The notes beneath the pieces are model-generated. The model ran no database searches, was not told where the DNA came from, and saw nothing but the letters and a program-made list of their open reading frames with translations. 64,000 nucleotides of DNA from NCBI RefSeq assembly GCF_009914755.1, contig NC_060932.1; one strand, written 5' to 3'. Made by a program: the position numbers and the translations under genes. The stretch is from the human T2T-CHM13v2.0 reference genome, Homo sapiens. This document shows positions 30,398-47,219 of this stretch, piece by piece (the stretch's first letter is position 1; every line of letters begins with the position of its first letter).

Positions 30398-33300
30398 TGA
30401 GTATGCTTAGTCATTATGTGAATATTCAACAAACTGGTCCATCTTTCTGATTTAAATATTTGTACACCTAAGGATGTATTTCATAAAGTAATTCATAACC
30501 AGTTTGGTTCTAGATTTACTGTAATTGGCTATCTGCCAGAATAAACTATAAAATGAGAATAAAAGCTTTTGGTGTCAAAATTTTTTTTCATTAAATTTTG
30601 TTTTGATTATCCAGTCTAAATTGTCATCTGTATAGATTTCATCAGATACTTTTTTTTACTTTTTAAATGTCAATCTTATTGATCAAGAAAGGTAAAAAAG
30701 AGGGAGGCTCATTTTCTATTCTGATTTGTTTAAAATGCCAGATCACATAAATTTAGATAGGGCCCTTATTTTCTACGAGAGCAGTGGAGCTGGGTGATGA
30801 CCAAGGACTACATATAATGCAGCAAGCACGCTGTACAGTCCTTACACTATCTAAATGCACCTACTCAACCAAAGCAGATAGGCACTGTGGAACGAGAAGG
30901 GTGCAGCCAACACTAATGCTAAAGACAGGCTAACTTGGAAATTCTTGCATTGAAACTGCAAAGGAATTTCCAAATACACTAAAAATTCTCTTTTAGAGTA
31001 TCTGCTAGCCATCATCAGTAAAAGGAAAATAATACCTTGATTTTAATGAGGTTTTATTGTTTGGTTGGTTTTCGGGTGGTTATTTGGGGTATTTTATTTG
31101 TTTGGTTGGTTTGTTGAGGGGTTTTTTTGCTTATTTATTTTATGAAAACTTTAGTATAACACACTACTTAGTTTGGACTTGAAATCAACTTATTATGATG
31201 CTTAAAAAAATCCATGTTCTAAATCATAATTGCATGACAGTTTAGATCTTATTACTATTTAGTTGTAGCCTAACAAATACTGTATTCCTCTGTTTTCTCA
31301 AAAAAAGAAAGTTCCTAGTTTATGAAATAGTATTCAGATAAAGCCTTATGCTGCCCACCAGCCCACTAAATGTATTAAATACCTGTCTCTATGTAGCTTA
31401 TGTAAAAACTCAATGTTGACTGTCCCGTGTCTGCTGCATTTAAAAGCTCATTGTGATTCTATCATCTTGCTATGCCAATGCCTTATGTTATGGTGTCATG
31501 TATATAGGCCATGGTACAAAAGTGACTGTCAACTGCTTACTCAACATCTAGTCAGAAAAGGTCTGAGGCAGTGCAATAACGCTTTTAGTCAAACTGGCTC
31601 ACTGTTGGAATCATTTACATCTGTGTATTCTTTACCGTAAATACTGAAATAGTATTTTTTAACTGTTTTTTCAGGCTTGTAATAAATATCTGTGTCATAT
31701 CTACATAGTCAAAATACATTGAGTAATTCAGTTTAAAAGTGTTGCCTACTAACAAACTAAAGAGAAACATCTACTGATTTTCCCATATAATTGCTTATTT
31801 TCCATTGCCAATGTAGACCTGCCTGGAATGGTGTCTTTCACCACTATCATGTGTAAAATAAAGGGAGGCTATTGTGGTGAATTTTCACCTGTCTGACATT
31901 AGCTCTTTCACTAGTCAAAGGATGTACATACCTCAGAGGTGACCTGACTACCGAGGTCCAGTTTTCAAAAGTGCATCTTATTTTAATTTTTGTCTCCAAA
32001 AATTAAAATTGGATGTCTACAAAACTAACATATGTAGACTTTCAAAGGCCAGCATTGGTGGGGAAGGGAAAAGAAAGGATGGAAGGATGGAAGGAACGAA
32101 GGGTGATGAGGAGATGAAGGGAGAGGGAGGGGAAAGAAAAGAACAGAAAAAAGCTAATAGAGGAAGGTAAATCTCTAAATGAGTTAAATAAGGCTTAAAT
32201 AAAGTTTGCATGGTATATTCTCTAAAAGTTGATTGGCGTGGAGGAGGCTGTATGTGTTTGTGTGTGTATGCACATGGGCATGTCTATGTGTAAGGTCAGA
32301 AGGGGGAGCCTGAATTATCTACTGCTTTTTTGGTTAACTAGTCCTATTTTTAAAACTTTGTCTAACTCCCAAAACTTATTAATGCGACATGTAGTACTGA
32401 AATTAGAAGATTATTGTTAAACTCAGGACAGCTCTGTGGAGATTCACAAAGTAATTTCATGAAAACTTATGAGGAAGTTGTTCAGTACTGTCACTAATTA
32501 ACGCGCACAAAAAAAAAACTTGTGAGTAATTATGGGTGATTTCGCTGCAAAACAAATTAGTATATGAATTATTATTTTTTCTCAAATTGTAGAGGTTTTG
32601 TTTCTATTAAGTCTCTAACATTTCCCAGATTAAAAATACCAAAACTATTTTTTAAACTTAAGGAATAGAGTATCAGAAATTAACCATTAAATTAATAGTT
32701 CTTAAAGTTGCTATGTATATGGTAAGTAAAACAATTTCCTATTTCTAAGTTATACATGGTATTAGATTTCTAGGTACAGTCGCATGAAGCATTATTGACT
32801 TTTATTAACTTCAGTGTTTTAGAGGGTTTTCATACTAGTCTATGAATGCTCTGAATGCTGCAGGGAAAAAGAAGCACAATCAGTATTTCATTATTTATGA
32901 ATTCTCAATTGAATTATCCTATCCTGTCCACACACATAATAGCATTAGCATTTCTTCTTATACCATGTTGAAATACTTTTAATACAAACTCTCAATAGAA
33001 GCTTAAACATAAGTGGTTAAGTCTTGTTGTCTAGTCTCATTCACCTGCCTCAACATGCTTTCTTTCATTCTATTTGCATACAAAATGTTCTTATTTCAGT
33101 TTTGTAGACAGGATATGAGTTAGCATACTCGTGTTTGTTCAGCTGTCCATCCTGCATCGTTACTACAATGCCTTTTTCTGCCATTTAATGGTGTTTGTAT
33201 CAATGTTCCCATATCTGCTGCATTTTAACTCCATAAAAAGGAAATGTGATTTCGTATTAATAGTTTTGTTGATCAACTCAATATTTCTGCACCAATCAGC

Positions 33301-33429
33301 ATACCTATATGCATGTAGTAGTCTGTACAATTGTTCAACATCAAAATACTTGTTTACTTTATGTCAAAATGTCTATAAAATTGCTGGCATTGTTCTCCAT
33401 TTCAGTCTGGTAGAATAAGCGAGATAGAA

Positions 33430-33470
33430 AATAAATGTGTAAATGAATCATCGTGTCCTTTCGCTTCTCT
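33430..33470 (+). terminator. Candidate distal poly(A) site: AATAAA 33430-33435, CA 33449-33450, downstream GT/T-rich element
   Basis: aataaatgtgtaaatgaatca|tcgtgtcctttcgcttctct, with TGTA motifs at about 33314 and 33324. Confidence 0.5.
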
Positions 33471-33856
33471 GCATGAAGCCACTTTAACATGAAGCATGGC
33501 ACACATGCCTGCCACCCAACAACCCATGGTTTCTTGACACCTCATTACTGACTCTTTAGGCAGGCAGCTTTTGGAGGAAGTGTAGAATAAAATGACCAAA
33601 TCTGGAAAAATAAATAAAAGTTGGATCCATTGCTGTTCAAAGAAAAGAAAGATAGTACTCTCCTTTTCAAATGAATCCTTTTACACAGCCAACAGATGTA
33701 TCATTTGGTTGATATTTTTAAAAAGTTCAGCACAAACCACCTTGTTCAAATTCTGGGGTGAGATCATCAAAAAGCTTAAAGATAGTTTTGAGGTAGTCTC
33801 TCTCTGACATTTCCTGACAGTCCTTGTTGGGTAAATTAAGTCTTAATTCCTGACAC

Positions 33857-34036
33857 CAGGGCCAGCTCGATGGGTGTGCGACTTGTGCAGTTGCATGGAA
33901 GTGCAGACATTTAAAAGGACCCTACACTTAATTTAATGCCCTATTGTCATCATCTTGAAGTTCTTAATAGTTTTAGAATGATGTACCCTGTATTTTTATT
34001 TTGCATTAGGCCCCACAAATTATATGGCCAGTCCTG
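33857..34036. mobile_element. MER45A-like hAT-Tip100 MITE
   Basis: cagggccagc...ggccagtcctg termini; near-perfect 8-bp TSD cctgacac/cctgacca. Confidence 0.75.
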
Positions 34037-34136
34037 CCTGACCAGTGAGGTAGTGATAAGACTTCTCATTGATTTAGTCTCTTCAAGACAAGAGGTTAAC
34101 AGATAGTGAGGAAAGAGGCTTATTTATTTAACAAAG

Positions 34137-34138
<2 letters not shown>

Positions 34139-34175
<37 letters not shown>

Positions 34176-34479
34176 AGACAGGGTTTAGCTCTGTTGCCCA
34201 GGCTAGATAGAGTGCAGTGGCGCAATCATAGTTCATTGCAGCCTCGACCTCCTGGGCTCAAGCAATCCTCCCACCTCAGTCTCCCGAGTAGCTAGGACTA
34301 CAGGCGCATGCCACCACACCTGGCTAATTTTTGTTTTTGTTTTTGTTTTTGATTTGTTTGGTAGAGACAGGGTTTCGCCAAGTTGCCCAGACTGGTCTCA
34401 AACTTCTGGGCTCAAGCAATCTGCCTACCTCGGCTTCCCAAAGTGCTGGGATTACAGGCGTGAGCCACGGCACCTGGCT
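34139..34479 (-). mobile_element. AluJ element with long poly-T
   Basis: J-type gcctcgacctcctgggctcaagcaatcctccc. Confidence 0.95.
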
Positions 34480-37400
34480 CAACAAGCTCTGATATAGCAC
34501 TTACAATGTGCCAAGTCCTATATGTTCATTTGTTCATTCATTCTTCATAATACTAGTACTATTATCATCCCCAGAGGAGGAAGTCAAGGTACAGAGAAGT
34601 TACATAGCATGCCCAATGTTATACAGCTAGTAATGCCAGGCATCCTGGCTACAGAATTTTGGGCACCTGACCATTGAAGCTGTGCTGGCTCTTGCTTTGC
34701 TGTGATGCCTTTTCATCAAAAAAAAAATTTTTCATTTTGTTTGTTAACAGAGCACTGGGGCTATGCATTACACTCTTTACCTTAAAGACCTTTGCATAAT
34801 ACTATAAAAATTTTAAGGATGACTCCTTCTGAAAAATTGCAGCTCTCCACAGCAACTGTTCCCCACTCCTGTTGCCAAAGACACTTGCCTGAGTTAACAA
34901 GAGATGTCTATAAATATTAAGTAAAATATTTCCGGTGTATCTATGCCCCAAAATGGATGTGAGTGCAGAATGCCTGGTCTCTCTAAGTCAACTCTTACAC
35001 CGATGACAGAGAGGAGAGAAGTGACAAGGAGAAAGGGCTGGTTGTAGGCTCTATGACACATTCCTCCATTTGCTCCCTCTGCCTTTCTGGTTCAGATATC
35101 ACCATGCAGCTTCCTGAAATTAGAGGGGCCAGAATGCACGAACAATTGACAATCTGGGTGTCATTTCATTTGGAAGAGGAAGAAGCACATAAAAGATGCA
35201 TTTTGATGGACATAAGAGATGGGCACTGGTAATGCAGGGTAACTTGGTCCCGTATTCTGAGAATTAGACAAGAAGCAGTGTGCTCCATGCTCATTCAGTC
35301 TGCAGGAGCCCTTCTACGTTGGGCCAATGCTCAAGGTCAAAGTCATAGATGAAGAAAGGATGCTTAAAAAGCCTGCCTTACCCACACCATTCAAGCTTGA
35401 CTGCACCCCGCACCCCGCCAGGAGCGGCTGTTCCAGTCAAAAGCTAGTAGGATTCTTTAGTCATCCCAGAGGGCCAGCAGTCTTCAGGGGAAGGGCACTC
35501 TGTCCACATAAGGAAATATAAATCCTCTCCCACTTAAATTTCCCCCTTCTATCCACCGTGCTCATCTCCTGATTCCTTCTTTTTGAAAGATCAGGAGAAA
35601 CAAACTAACTGAAAATAACTAGGAGAAGTTGGGGAGGAGTCATCCACTTGTAGATTCCATCTGAACTAAGAAAAATGGAATTAAAACAGGTCTTCCCTCT
35701 GTTGACCTGGCTGAATGCAAAATTCCCACCCCAAGATATGGTCCCTTCTCTCTGCTCCAGTCGCCCTCTTCACCCTCTTCCCTCAGCCCTAGAAAAACAA
35801 ATCCTACAGTGCACAATTTGGGCCACAAAAAAGATGAAGGTGGGAGGGGGAATAAGAGCATGGCATCTACTCTAAGAGAACTAAAAAAGGATATTTTTTC
35901 TTCCTTTTCCACCTTCTTCCATATTCAACCTCATGTAAACAGATGGGTTTAACAGTGTGATTCAGACAGCTGCAGAATAGCAGAGAGAATGCTGGAGCCA
36001 AAACTGAGCATATTCAGCCCCGGGGTTTTCATTTCTCAGCCCTTAGGGCTCCTCTGGCAGTCTTCTAAGAACTAAAATTTATCCAAGTCCTCCAGCAACA
36101 ACTTTACAGCACCACTGGCAAAGTAGTCAATGACTCTGATCAGGGCTAATTGTTGCATGAACGTCTCTGATTGGCTGGAACGTGGTGACAGCTCACATGA
36201 CTTTAAACATTATTATTCTTCACATAAGAAACCAGTGTGATACCAGGAAGTGTCAGTGCAGAGCGTGAAATAGCCAAACTCATCACAGTATTCAAGGTTG
36301 TCACAAGACACAGGGTTTACTTCTGGCCTCTATAACTCACAAATACCCTGGATGAACTTAAAGCATCTCCAGAGGAGAGTCACAGTGGCCTCTCCGCCAA
36401 ATTGAAGAAAACAGCAAAGGGGAAACAGAGAAGGTGGACCTGAGAAATAGCAATATGTTCAAGAACAAATTTTTTTTAAGTGTACCACGAGACTAGGTGA
36501 CAGGAATATCAGTCATACAATAACTTATATTTTCTTGAGTGATTTTTTAAAGATAGTCAACATTCAATTATTCAATACATATTTTGTTCTTCTTTGTTAG
36601 ACACCGTGCTAAGTACTAGGGACACAGGACTAATAAGATAGGGTCCCTCCCCTCAAAGAGCTTACAGTCATCATTACAGGGATGGCAGACAGTTGATGCA
36701 ATGTGGCCATTCCTTTCCTGCCCCCTTCCCTCACTCATGTCAGCCATTAATCATGTGTTCCTTGCCACTGACCCAGGATGTAACCTCAGGGTACAACACC
36801 CAAATCAACCACTACCAGGCAGTCAGAGCTGCTAATCCCAAAACTATTCAGTGTTTTTTATCACCAGATAGACAAAAAACCTGATGTCTCCCTCCATAAT
36901 TTTACAATCATTACTATTATGGCAGCTAATGTTCTTTGAAAGCCCATTATATGACAGACACTGTTCTAAGAGCTTTATAGGCACTCCTAGCTCCTTCAAT
37001 CCCGTTTCTCTAAGTGGTTGGTTAACAGAAATCTTATGTGGTCCTCACTGAAGTCTCATTTAAAGGAAATGGGAATAAACTCCAGTCTGAGGAAATTAGA
37101 TGTCCTTCAGACAGATTTTCCACAAGTGACGGATGTTTCACATTAGCGATAACGAGAGAGCTGGTGAGATCTTCTTCCCAGAATGTCTTCAGAATTAGGA
37201 TAGATTCTCCCCCAGTTGTAATGAGAAGTGCAAACCTGTCGGAATGAAGAAGGACAAACCAGATGACCTTTCTGTGTTCATTTCCAAGATTTTATAATTT
37301 GTGGTGCTCCAGAATCAAATTTATGTTTTGCTAAAGTCTATGGTAATTGTATTCATTAAATTGTCTCCATATCCACTTAGCACAGATGACAAATCAGTAA

Positions 37401-38029
37401 TAGGGGGAGACAAGCAATTTACGATAATATATTTTTAAACATCTGTTGGTTGAATATCTACATTTTTGTGCTGAAGCACAAATCTTGCTTACAGAATTAT
37501 TCTCAAATGTATCTCAAACCAAATGCTAGATGTGATGCAAAGGTTAAGGCCTGGAAACTCAAGCAAACGAATTACTGTAACTTGTGTGAATAAATTAATT
37601 TGTGCTGAAAAACCTTATGTTAGGATGAGTGTAATTTCATGAACATACATTACTGGTAGACACAAACTGATTCTGAAAACCCAGTGATTTAAAGAAGAAA
37701 TAAAAACAATGAAAAACATTAGACAATATTTTTCTATTTTAAGAATTCAATTTTTTTCTAGGCAGAATTCATAAAAAACATAATTTATGTTGCATCTGAT
37801 TTCGACAAGAAATTGCCTTATATTGCTTATTATAAAGTCATTTCCCAAAGAAGCTAGAGCTTTAAATTAGAAAATCCCATTTTGTTTTTCAGCTTTAAAT
37901 AATGGCATTCTAACATTTACATTCCATCACATAGGACCATCTGGCTTTATCTATTCTTAAACCCATTGTCTATAGGGTGAAGTCTAACCTAGGGTCCCAG
38001 CTCCCCAACATTACCCAAAGACAACATAG

Positions 38030-38335
<306 letters not shown>

Positions 38336-38948
38336 TAGACCTTCTCAAACAAACTAGAATTCCAATTTCCAGTGACTATCTTAGGGAAAGAACAAAGCAC
38401 ATGCCAGTGCAATGGAGGGAAAAAAAGTACACAAGAAAAAGGAGAAACTGGAAAAGCAATTTACAAATTACCAATATTATTATCAAATCAGGAAACACAG
38501 ACAAAGAAAAGACACGAAGGCATCTGTCTTTTTGTTCCTTTATTTTCCTTTTTTTCCTTTTGCACAACATTTTGGAAAAGCCACAAGGGAAGAGAAAGTC
38601 TAGCATATCATGAGTCCTAAGCACTGCCTCCCTTTAGAGACTTTATCCAGATACCAGAGGTCTGCCAACAACATCAATTGGATGCTTCTGCTTCAAGGGT
38701 GCAAGCCTTTCTGTGGCCCCATGGATGGTGATCACACCACTGGGTGTGGTGCAGAGAGGGATGGAGGACCTGGGGCAGCCAGAAACGGCATCACCAAGGC
38801 AACTCCAGTGCACCTCACCAGAGGAGTTGAGTCACTGTTGAGGGCAAGAGTCAAGCCAGAGTCAACACTCAACTCCTGGCCATCCTAGCCATGTTGTGCT
38901 CTATCACATCCTCTGCTTTATTTTCCCTCATAGCTTATCATACTGTGA

Positions 38949-39296
<348 letters not shown>

Positions 39297-39700
39297 TCCT
39301 ACTCAGATATTTTCTTATGTTTATTTATTTGCTTATTTATTTGCTTTATTTATTTGTAGTTTGTTTTCTACTCCCACCACCTCATCCTGTCAGAATAAGC
39401 ATTTTATGCAGCAGAGCCTAGTCTGCCTGTTCATCTCCATAATTCTAGCACCTGAATAGTGCCCAATAAATATTTATTAAATGAAAAAGTGGGCAAATGA
39501 GGGTAGAAAAATGAAAAGGAGATACTGATATCCCAAAAAGATGAAAGCAGGAATAGATCCAATGAAGTCAAGGTAAATGCATCCTGTTGCATGCAATAAA
39601 TATACAAAACTTTATCAGTTTTTTAAAAAAAGTAATCAAGAAAAAGAAAATGAATAGCAAGGATGCATCCCAAAAGCATTATGCTAAATAGAAAAGCTTT

Positions 39701-39715
39701 ACACACACACACATA

Positions 39716-39762
<47 letters not shown>
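39701..39762. repeat. (CA)n microsatellite
   Basis: Long CA run with a TAGA interruption. Confidence 0.95.
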
Positions 39763-39764
<2 letters not shown>

Positions 39765-40172
39765 AGAGGGAACAGGGACATCCCTTGTTAGGAGGTACAT
39801 GAGAGGAATGATTTCTTAAAGCACACCAGGCTGAGCTCCTTACACTATGCAAGGTCTTGTGGGAAAAACAAAGGAGAAATAGAAGCAACCTCTGCCCTCA
39901 AGGAAGCTATATCCTGTAAATTACCATCTACAAATAGAGGCAAAAAAAAATAAATGCCAGGACCAAAGTGCAAGCAGAGTACAGTAGCACAGCGGAGGAT
40001 GTAGAAATGGGATATGGAGACCTCAGAGGGCTTCACCAAGGAAGCAACATATGTGTTGAAGAGCTTTGGGGAGCTAAAAAAGGAAAGGAAGGAAGGGCAC
40101 CATGATTAAAAATAAAACAGTGCCCAGTGTGTTCCAGAAGCAGCAAATACTTTGCAGAATGCATAAAGATGC

Positions 40173-40749
40173 TGTATTAGTCAGGGTTCTCCAGAGGTAG
40201 GACCAACAGGGTAGATAAAGATACAGAGTAGACATATGAGAGGGGATTTATTGAATTGGCTCATGCTTTTAGGGAGCTGAGAAGTCTCACAACAGGCTGT
40301 CTGCAAACTGGAGCCCTTGGGATACTCATAGCCTGGCTCAGTCCAAATCCAAAAGCCCCAGCACCAGGGATGCCGATGGTATAAGTCTCAGTCCAAGGCC
40401 AAAAGCCTGAGACCCTGGAGGGATTGGTGGGGGTGCTGGTGTGAGACTTGGGGTCCAAAGCCTGAAGAACCTAGAGTTCTGATGTCCAAGGACAGAAGAA
40501 GAGAGAGGAAATATCCCAGCTCCAGAAGAGAGAGAGGAAATCACCTCTCCTCTGCCTGTTCTTTCAGGCCCCCATTTGATTGGATGGTGCCAGCTCACAT
40601 TGACAGAAGATCTTCCCCACTCAGTCCACCAGCTCACTTGCCAGTCTCCTCTGGAAACACCCTCACAGGCACACCCAGAAGTAATGCCTTCCCAGTTCTC
40701 TAGATTTTCCTTGATTCAGTCAAGTTGACACCTAAAATTAACCATTACA
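40173..40749 (-). mobile_element. ERVL LTR, MLT2 family
   Basis: tgtattagtcagggttctccagag...caagttgacacctaaaattaaccattaca. Confidence 0.85.
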
Positions 40750-41616
40750 GGTATAGAGTGGCTTGAGGTTATAGGTTATAGGATCTTGAAAGTTATACTA
40801 AGGAATTCCACCTTTACACAATAAATAATGAGATTTCTTGAAGAAGAGAGTGTCATAATCTGATAGGAAGCGAATAGGACATTCAAGCAAACGGGACAAA
40901 TTTGACAGGGGGAAAATGTTACCAAGCACTTACTTGTCATGCAATAAAAAATATGCTAGGAGCTTGACGTGACTAATCTTATATAATAGTCACAAGGGCC
41001 ACATGAGAAGGAAGGCACTCCTGCTACCCATTTTATAGTATAGAAATTGAAGCTTAGAAACTGAGTCTTGGAAGCAAGAACACTATTTTCATAATTTAGA
41101 TAAGAAATAATGAGGGTCTGAACTAGGACAGAATAAGGCCCAAGAGAAATGAAAAGAATGAGTGGTATTTTAGAGAATTGCATTTTATATGCATTATGCT
41201 CCATTATTTCCATTAGCACACTTTGTATTACAAGTGACAAAAAAAAAAAAAGCTCACATTTGCTTAAATAATAAAAGGAACTTACTGGTTCAGGAGCTGA
41301 AAACTCCAGTGCCAGTAATAATTTCAAGTGTGGCCTGTTTGGCCACCCAAACTATGACACCAATGACACAAATGCAGTCGATCCCACTGCTCTACCACCT
41401 TTGGGGTCAGAGTTATCTGCAGTCACCTCATGGTGCTTTGGCAGCTCTAAGCTCTCCCCTCCTCACTAAATAGAGCTGCCTCAGTTTCAGGATTCCCATA
41501 ACATTGTGGCTCCCTTTAAGAAAAAGAATAAGAGAAACAAAATCAGATATAAAAGAAAATAACTTTTAGAATGCAAAAAGAAATCATACGAAACTACAAA
41601 TTTTAAAAGCTGACAA

Positions 41617-41906
<290 letters not shown>

Positions 41907-42979
41907 AAAAGCTGACAAATACCAAAACATTACATGACAAAATTAGTATCATACTTTATTATTAGTAGTAGTAGTTAACTTCCTGATACAACTCTAGAAT
42001 GTTTTCTTTCTATATTTTTGGCTAAAATAACTTTGAACACTTCTTCATATTACGGTTTTGTGACATTTCCTATGGAGAATTATAGAAATTAATTCAATTT
42101 TTACTCTATAGTGGTGGATAAATATTTTTATTATTATTTCCAGTTTATAAAAGGGTTTTAGCCCCTACCGTTTCACAACTAGTTTTCGGCAGTACCGCTT
42201 CTGCCACTTCCTCCAGAGCTTCCCGCTTAGGTTGTGCTTTGTATGCCTCAGAAAGTTCAGTCATTTGATCTTTTTTTTAATATAAAAACTTCATTTATTG
42301 TTATTCTTTACATTTTTGACAGCAAAATTAGTCATGTTTTATTGTATCTTAAGAGTAAAAGAAAAATTAACCATGTACTACAGTCTACTGTTCCACTATA
42401 AGTGATGTCTACTCAAATATACATTAGTTTTTAGATGCACTATATTTGGGGTTGTTCAAAATCATTTTTCTTAAAACTATAATTAAAAATGAAAAAATTT
42501 TAAAGTGGTTTAAAGGTATTAAAATGTGAAATTCCCTTAACTTCCAGCCATGTGGCATTATCATATCTCTTTCTCTCTCTTCTTGTGCTCTCTCTTCTCC
42601 TCCTCCCCACATTTTCTGTCAGATAAGTACTATTTACTCATTTAGTTGCTTATCAAGTACTTATTCTTGGTTTCAAAAAAATTAATGGTAACTGTATTTT
42701 TCTCATTTTTTAGCATTATTCAAATGTTTACATTTTAATACCTAAGTCATTTGATCTTGCTGGGCGTGGCCTCCACTGGCCAGTCCTGAAGCAGCTGGCC
42801 CCAATCCACCCTGCCTTTGGTTCCCACACATACACCTGAGCAGGGAGTAGAGCAGCCTTTTGTTCAGTAACTTCTCTCGGTGTCAAAGATGGGATCTGGA
42901 TGCTCCATGAAGTCAAGCAGGGCCTGAGTGAATGGGATCTATTGCTAGCCTCAGGGCCACCACCAGGTCTGTAGTAATG

Positions 42980-43945
<966 letters not shown>

Positions 43946-44295
43946 TGGAGAAGTATGGTAGGCATATAGGCATATGGCAATTGCCAGTCTGTGAAAATTT
44001 CAAAAATCTTTTGGGCAATGTTTGCACATTTTCTCTACTCTAGGAAAAGGATATATTATTTGATTAGGGCCTGGTTCTGCTCCGTAGACATAGCTCTCTA
44101 CAGCTCTCCAATCTACTGTGCTCCGTGACTCTTGGCTCCCCGCTTTGAGGTCTTGGTTTTCCATTTCCTCAGTCATATCTGAAGAGAGTATTGGAGAACA
44201 TGATCTTTTTGGTAGTTTGGACAACTTCCTTAGCCCACTTTATGATGCAGAAAATTTGGAGTCCAAAGGTCTTTTTTAAAAAAAATAGTTATATT

Positions 44296-44659
<364 letters not shown>

Positions 44660-44859
44660 TTAAAGTATAAATTTTTTTCTGATATTGATATAGCCACTGC
44701 AGTTTTCTTATGGCTGTTATTTGCATGATATGTCTTTTTCCATCCTTTACTTTCAACCTATTTGTGCCTGTGACTCCAAACTTTATTTCTTGTAGACAGC
44801 ATGTAGTTTGTCCTAAAGAAGCAGTTCACACACACAGAATAAAGAATTCCCAAGGGCCT

Positions 44860-45249
44860 AGAAAGTGCTCAACCTCACTCAAATCAGATGCAAATTAGAG
44901 CAACAATGAGATATTTTTCTCCCATTAGAACAGCAAGGATTTGTTTTAAATAACAACATAAAGTGTTTGGACCTTGTGTAGGAAACTGGCATTCTCATAC
45001 ACTATGGGAATGCAAATTGGTACAATTTCTTTGGAGAAAAATTTAACGATGTCTATTAACAGTTTAAAATTTTATTTGCCCTAGCAATTTATCTTTAGGG
45101 GTTTATCTTTAAAAAAATATTTCCACACAATAAGATATGTATACAAGAATATTCACTGCAATCTATTAAAAGAACAACACTAAAGAAACTTAAATGTCAA
45201 TTAATCGAGAGTGGTTACACTAAGAACAAAAATGGATTTCCATGAAGCT

Positions 45250-45250
<1 letters not shown>
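44860..45250 (+). mobile_element. Ancient L1M ORF2/3' remnant
   Basis: atgcaaattagagcaacaatgagata...aatgcaaattggtacaa. Confidence 0.6.

Positions 45251-45252
<2 letters not shown>

Positions 45253-45284
<32 letters not shown>
45253..45284. repeat. (AAT)n microsatellite
   Basis: About 10 AAT units. Confidence 0.95.
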
Positions 45285-45485
45285 GGTAGATCAGTACCTC
45301 CAAGACAGTTTCTTACATGAAAAAAAAAAAAATGGTAATCATGGCTGCCTTTGGGAAGGAGGCCAGCCTAAACATTCAGGGCTGGGTGGGGGAGGAGATT
45401 TAATAATTTTTGCTGTAAATTTTTTGTACTATTTGGATTTTTTTTCACATGCTTGTAATTTGTTTTCAAAAAAAAAAAAAAAACA

Positions 45486-45780
45486 GGGTGGGCATGGTGG
45501 CTCACACTTGTAATCCCAGCACTTTGGGAGGCCGAGGTGGGTTGATCACCTGAGGTCAGGAGTTCAAGACCAGCCTGGCCAACATGGCAAAACCCCGTCT
45601 CTACTAAAAATACAAAAATTAGCCGGGTGTGGTCGTGGTGTGCCTGTAATCCCAGCTACTCTGGAGGCTGAGGCAGGAGAATCACTTGAAACCAGGAGGC
45701 AGAGTTTGCAGTGAGTGAGATTGCACCACTGCACTCCAGCCTCGGCGACAGAGTGAGACTGTCTCAAAAAAAAAAAAAAA
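45486..45780 (+). mobile_element. AluSx-like element
   Basis: Full dimer with poly-A. Confidence 0.95.
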
Positions 45781-45782
45781 TA

Positions 45783-46619
<837 letters not shown>

Positions 46620-46664
46620 TCATAGCAGTAAAGTGGGAACGACCACAGCTGGAGTGCAAGCGTG

Positions 46665-47219
46665 TGGGTGCCAAGGCCCTTGGATCCCTGAAGCTTCACT
46701 GAAAATCAGTGACTACCCATGACAAATTGATTAATAGGAGAAAAGGCATAGAAATTTATTTAACATGTTTACACAGGAGTTTTCAGAATGAAGACCCAAC
46801 TCCGCAGTGGGGTAAAGAAGCTTATGTACCGTCTCGAGGTTACAGAAACAATGGGCGTTCAAAATGTGGCCAAAAGTAGGCTTTAGTGGCAAGATAGGTT
46901 ATAGGAGGGAGAAAGGAAGAGGCTCAGCTAGCACAGGTGGCCTTGTTTTGTAGATGAAAGCTCACAGGTAGCAGCCTTCAGAGAGAATACATGATAAATG
47001 TTTCTTTCACATCTTTAAGGTGTCAAACTCTCAATTCATCTTTCCTAGATCCAGACAAGGGAAGGCCTGGCTACATTAACAGAGTTTCTCTACAGACGCA
47101 AATTTCCTCCACAAAAAAAACAGCTTTGCAGGGTCACTTTAGTCTGTTGGCCCTGTGGCAGCCATCTCAAAATATGCCAAAGAAATATATTTTGGGGTAA
47201 AATATTCTGACTTCCTTCA
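46665..47219 (-). mobile_element. ERV1 LTR (MER34/MER39-like)
   Basis: Minus-strand head TGAAGGAAGTCAGAATATTTTACCCCAAAATATATTTCTTTGGCATATTTTGAGATGGCTG. Confidence 0.7.

Noticed and set aside
32050-32170. Polypurine GA-rich tract as a triplex element
   Set aside because: Irregular, lacks mirror symmetry, common low-complexity sequence
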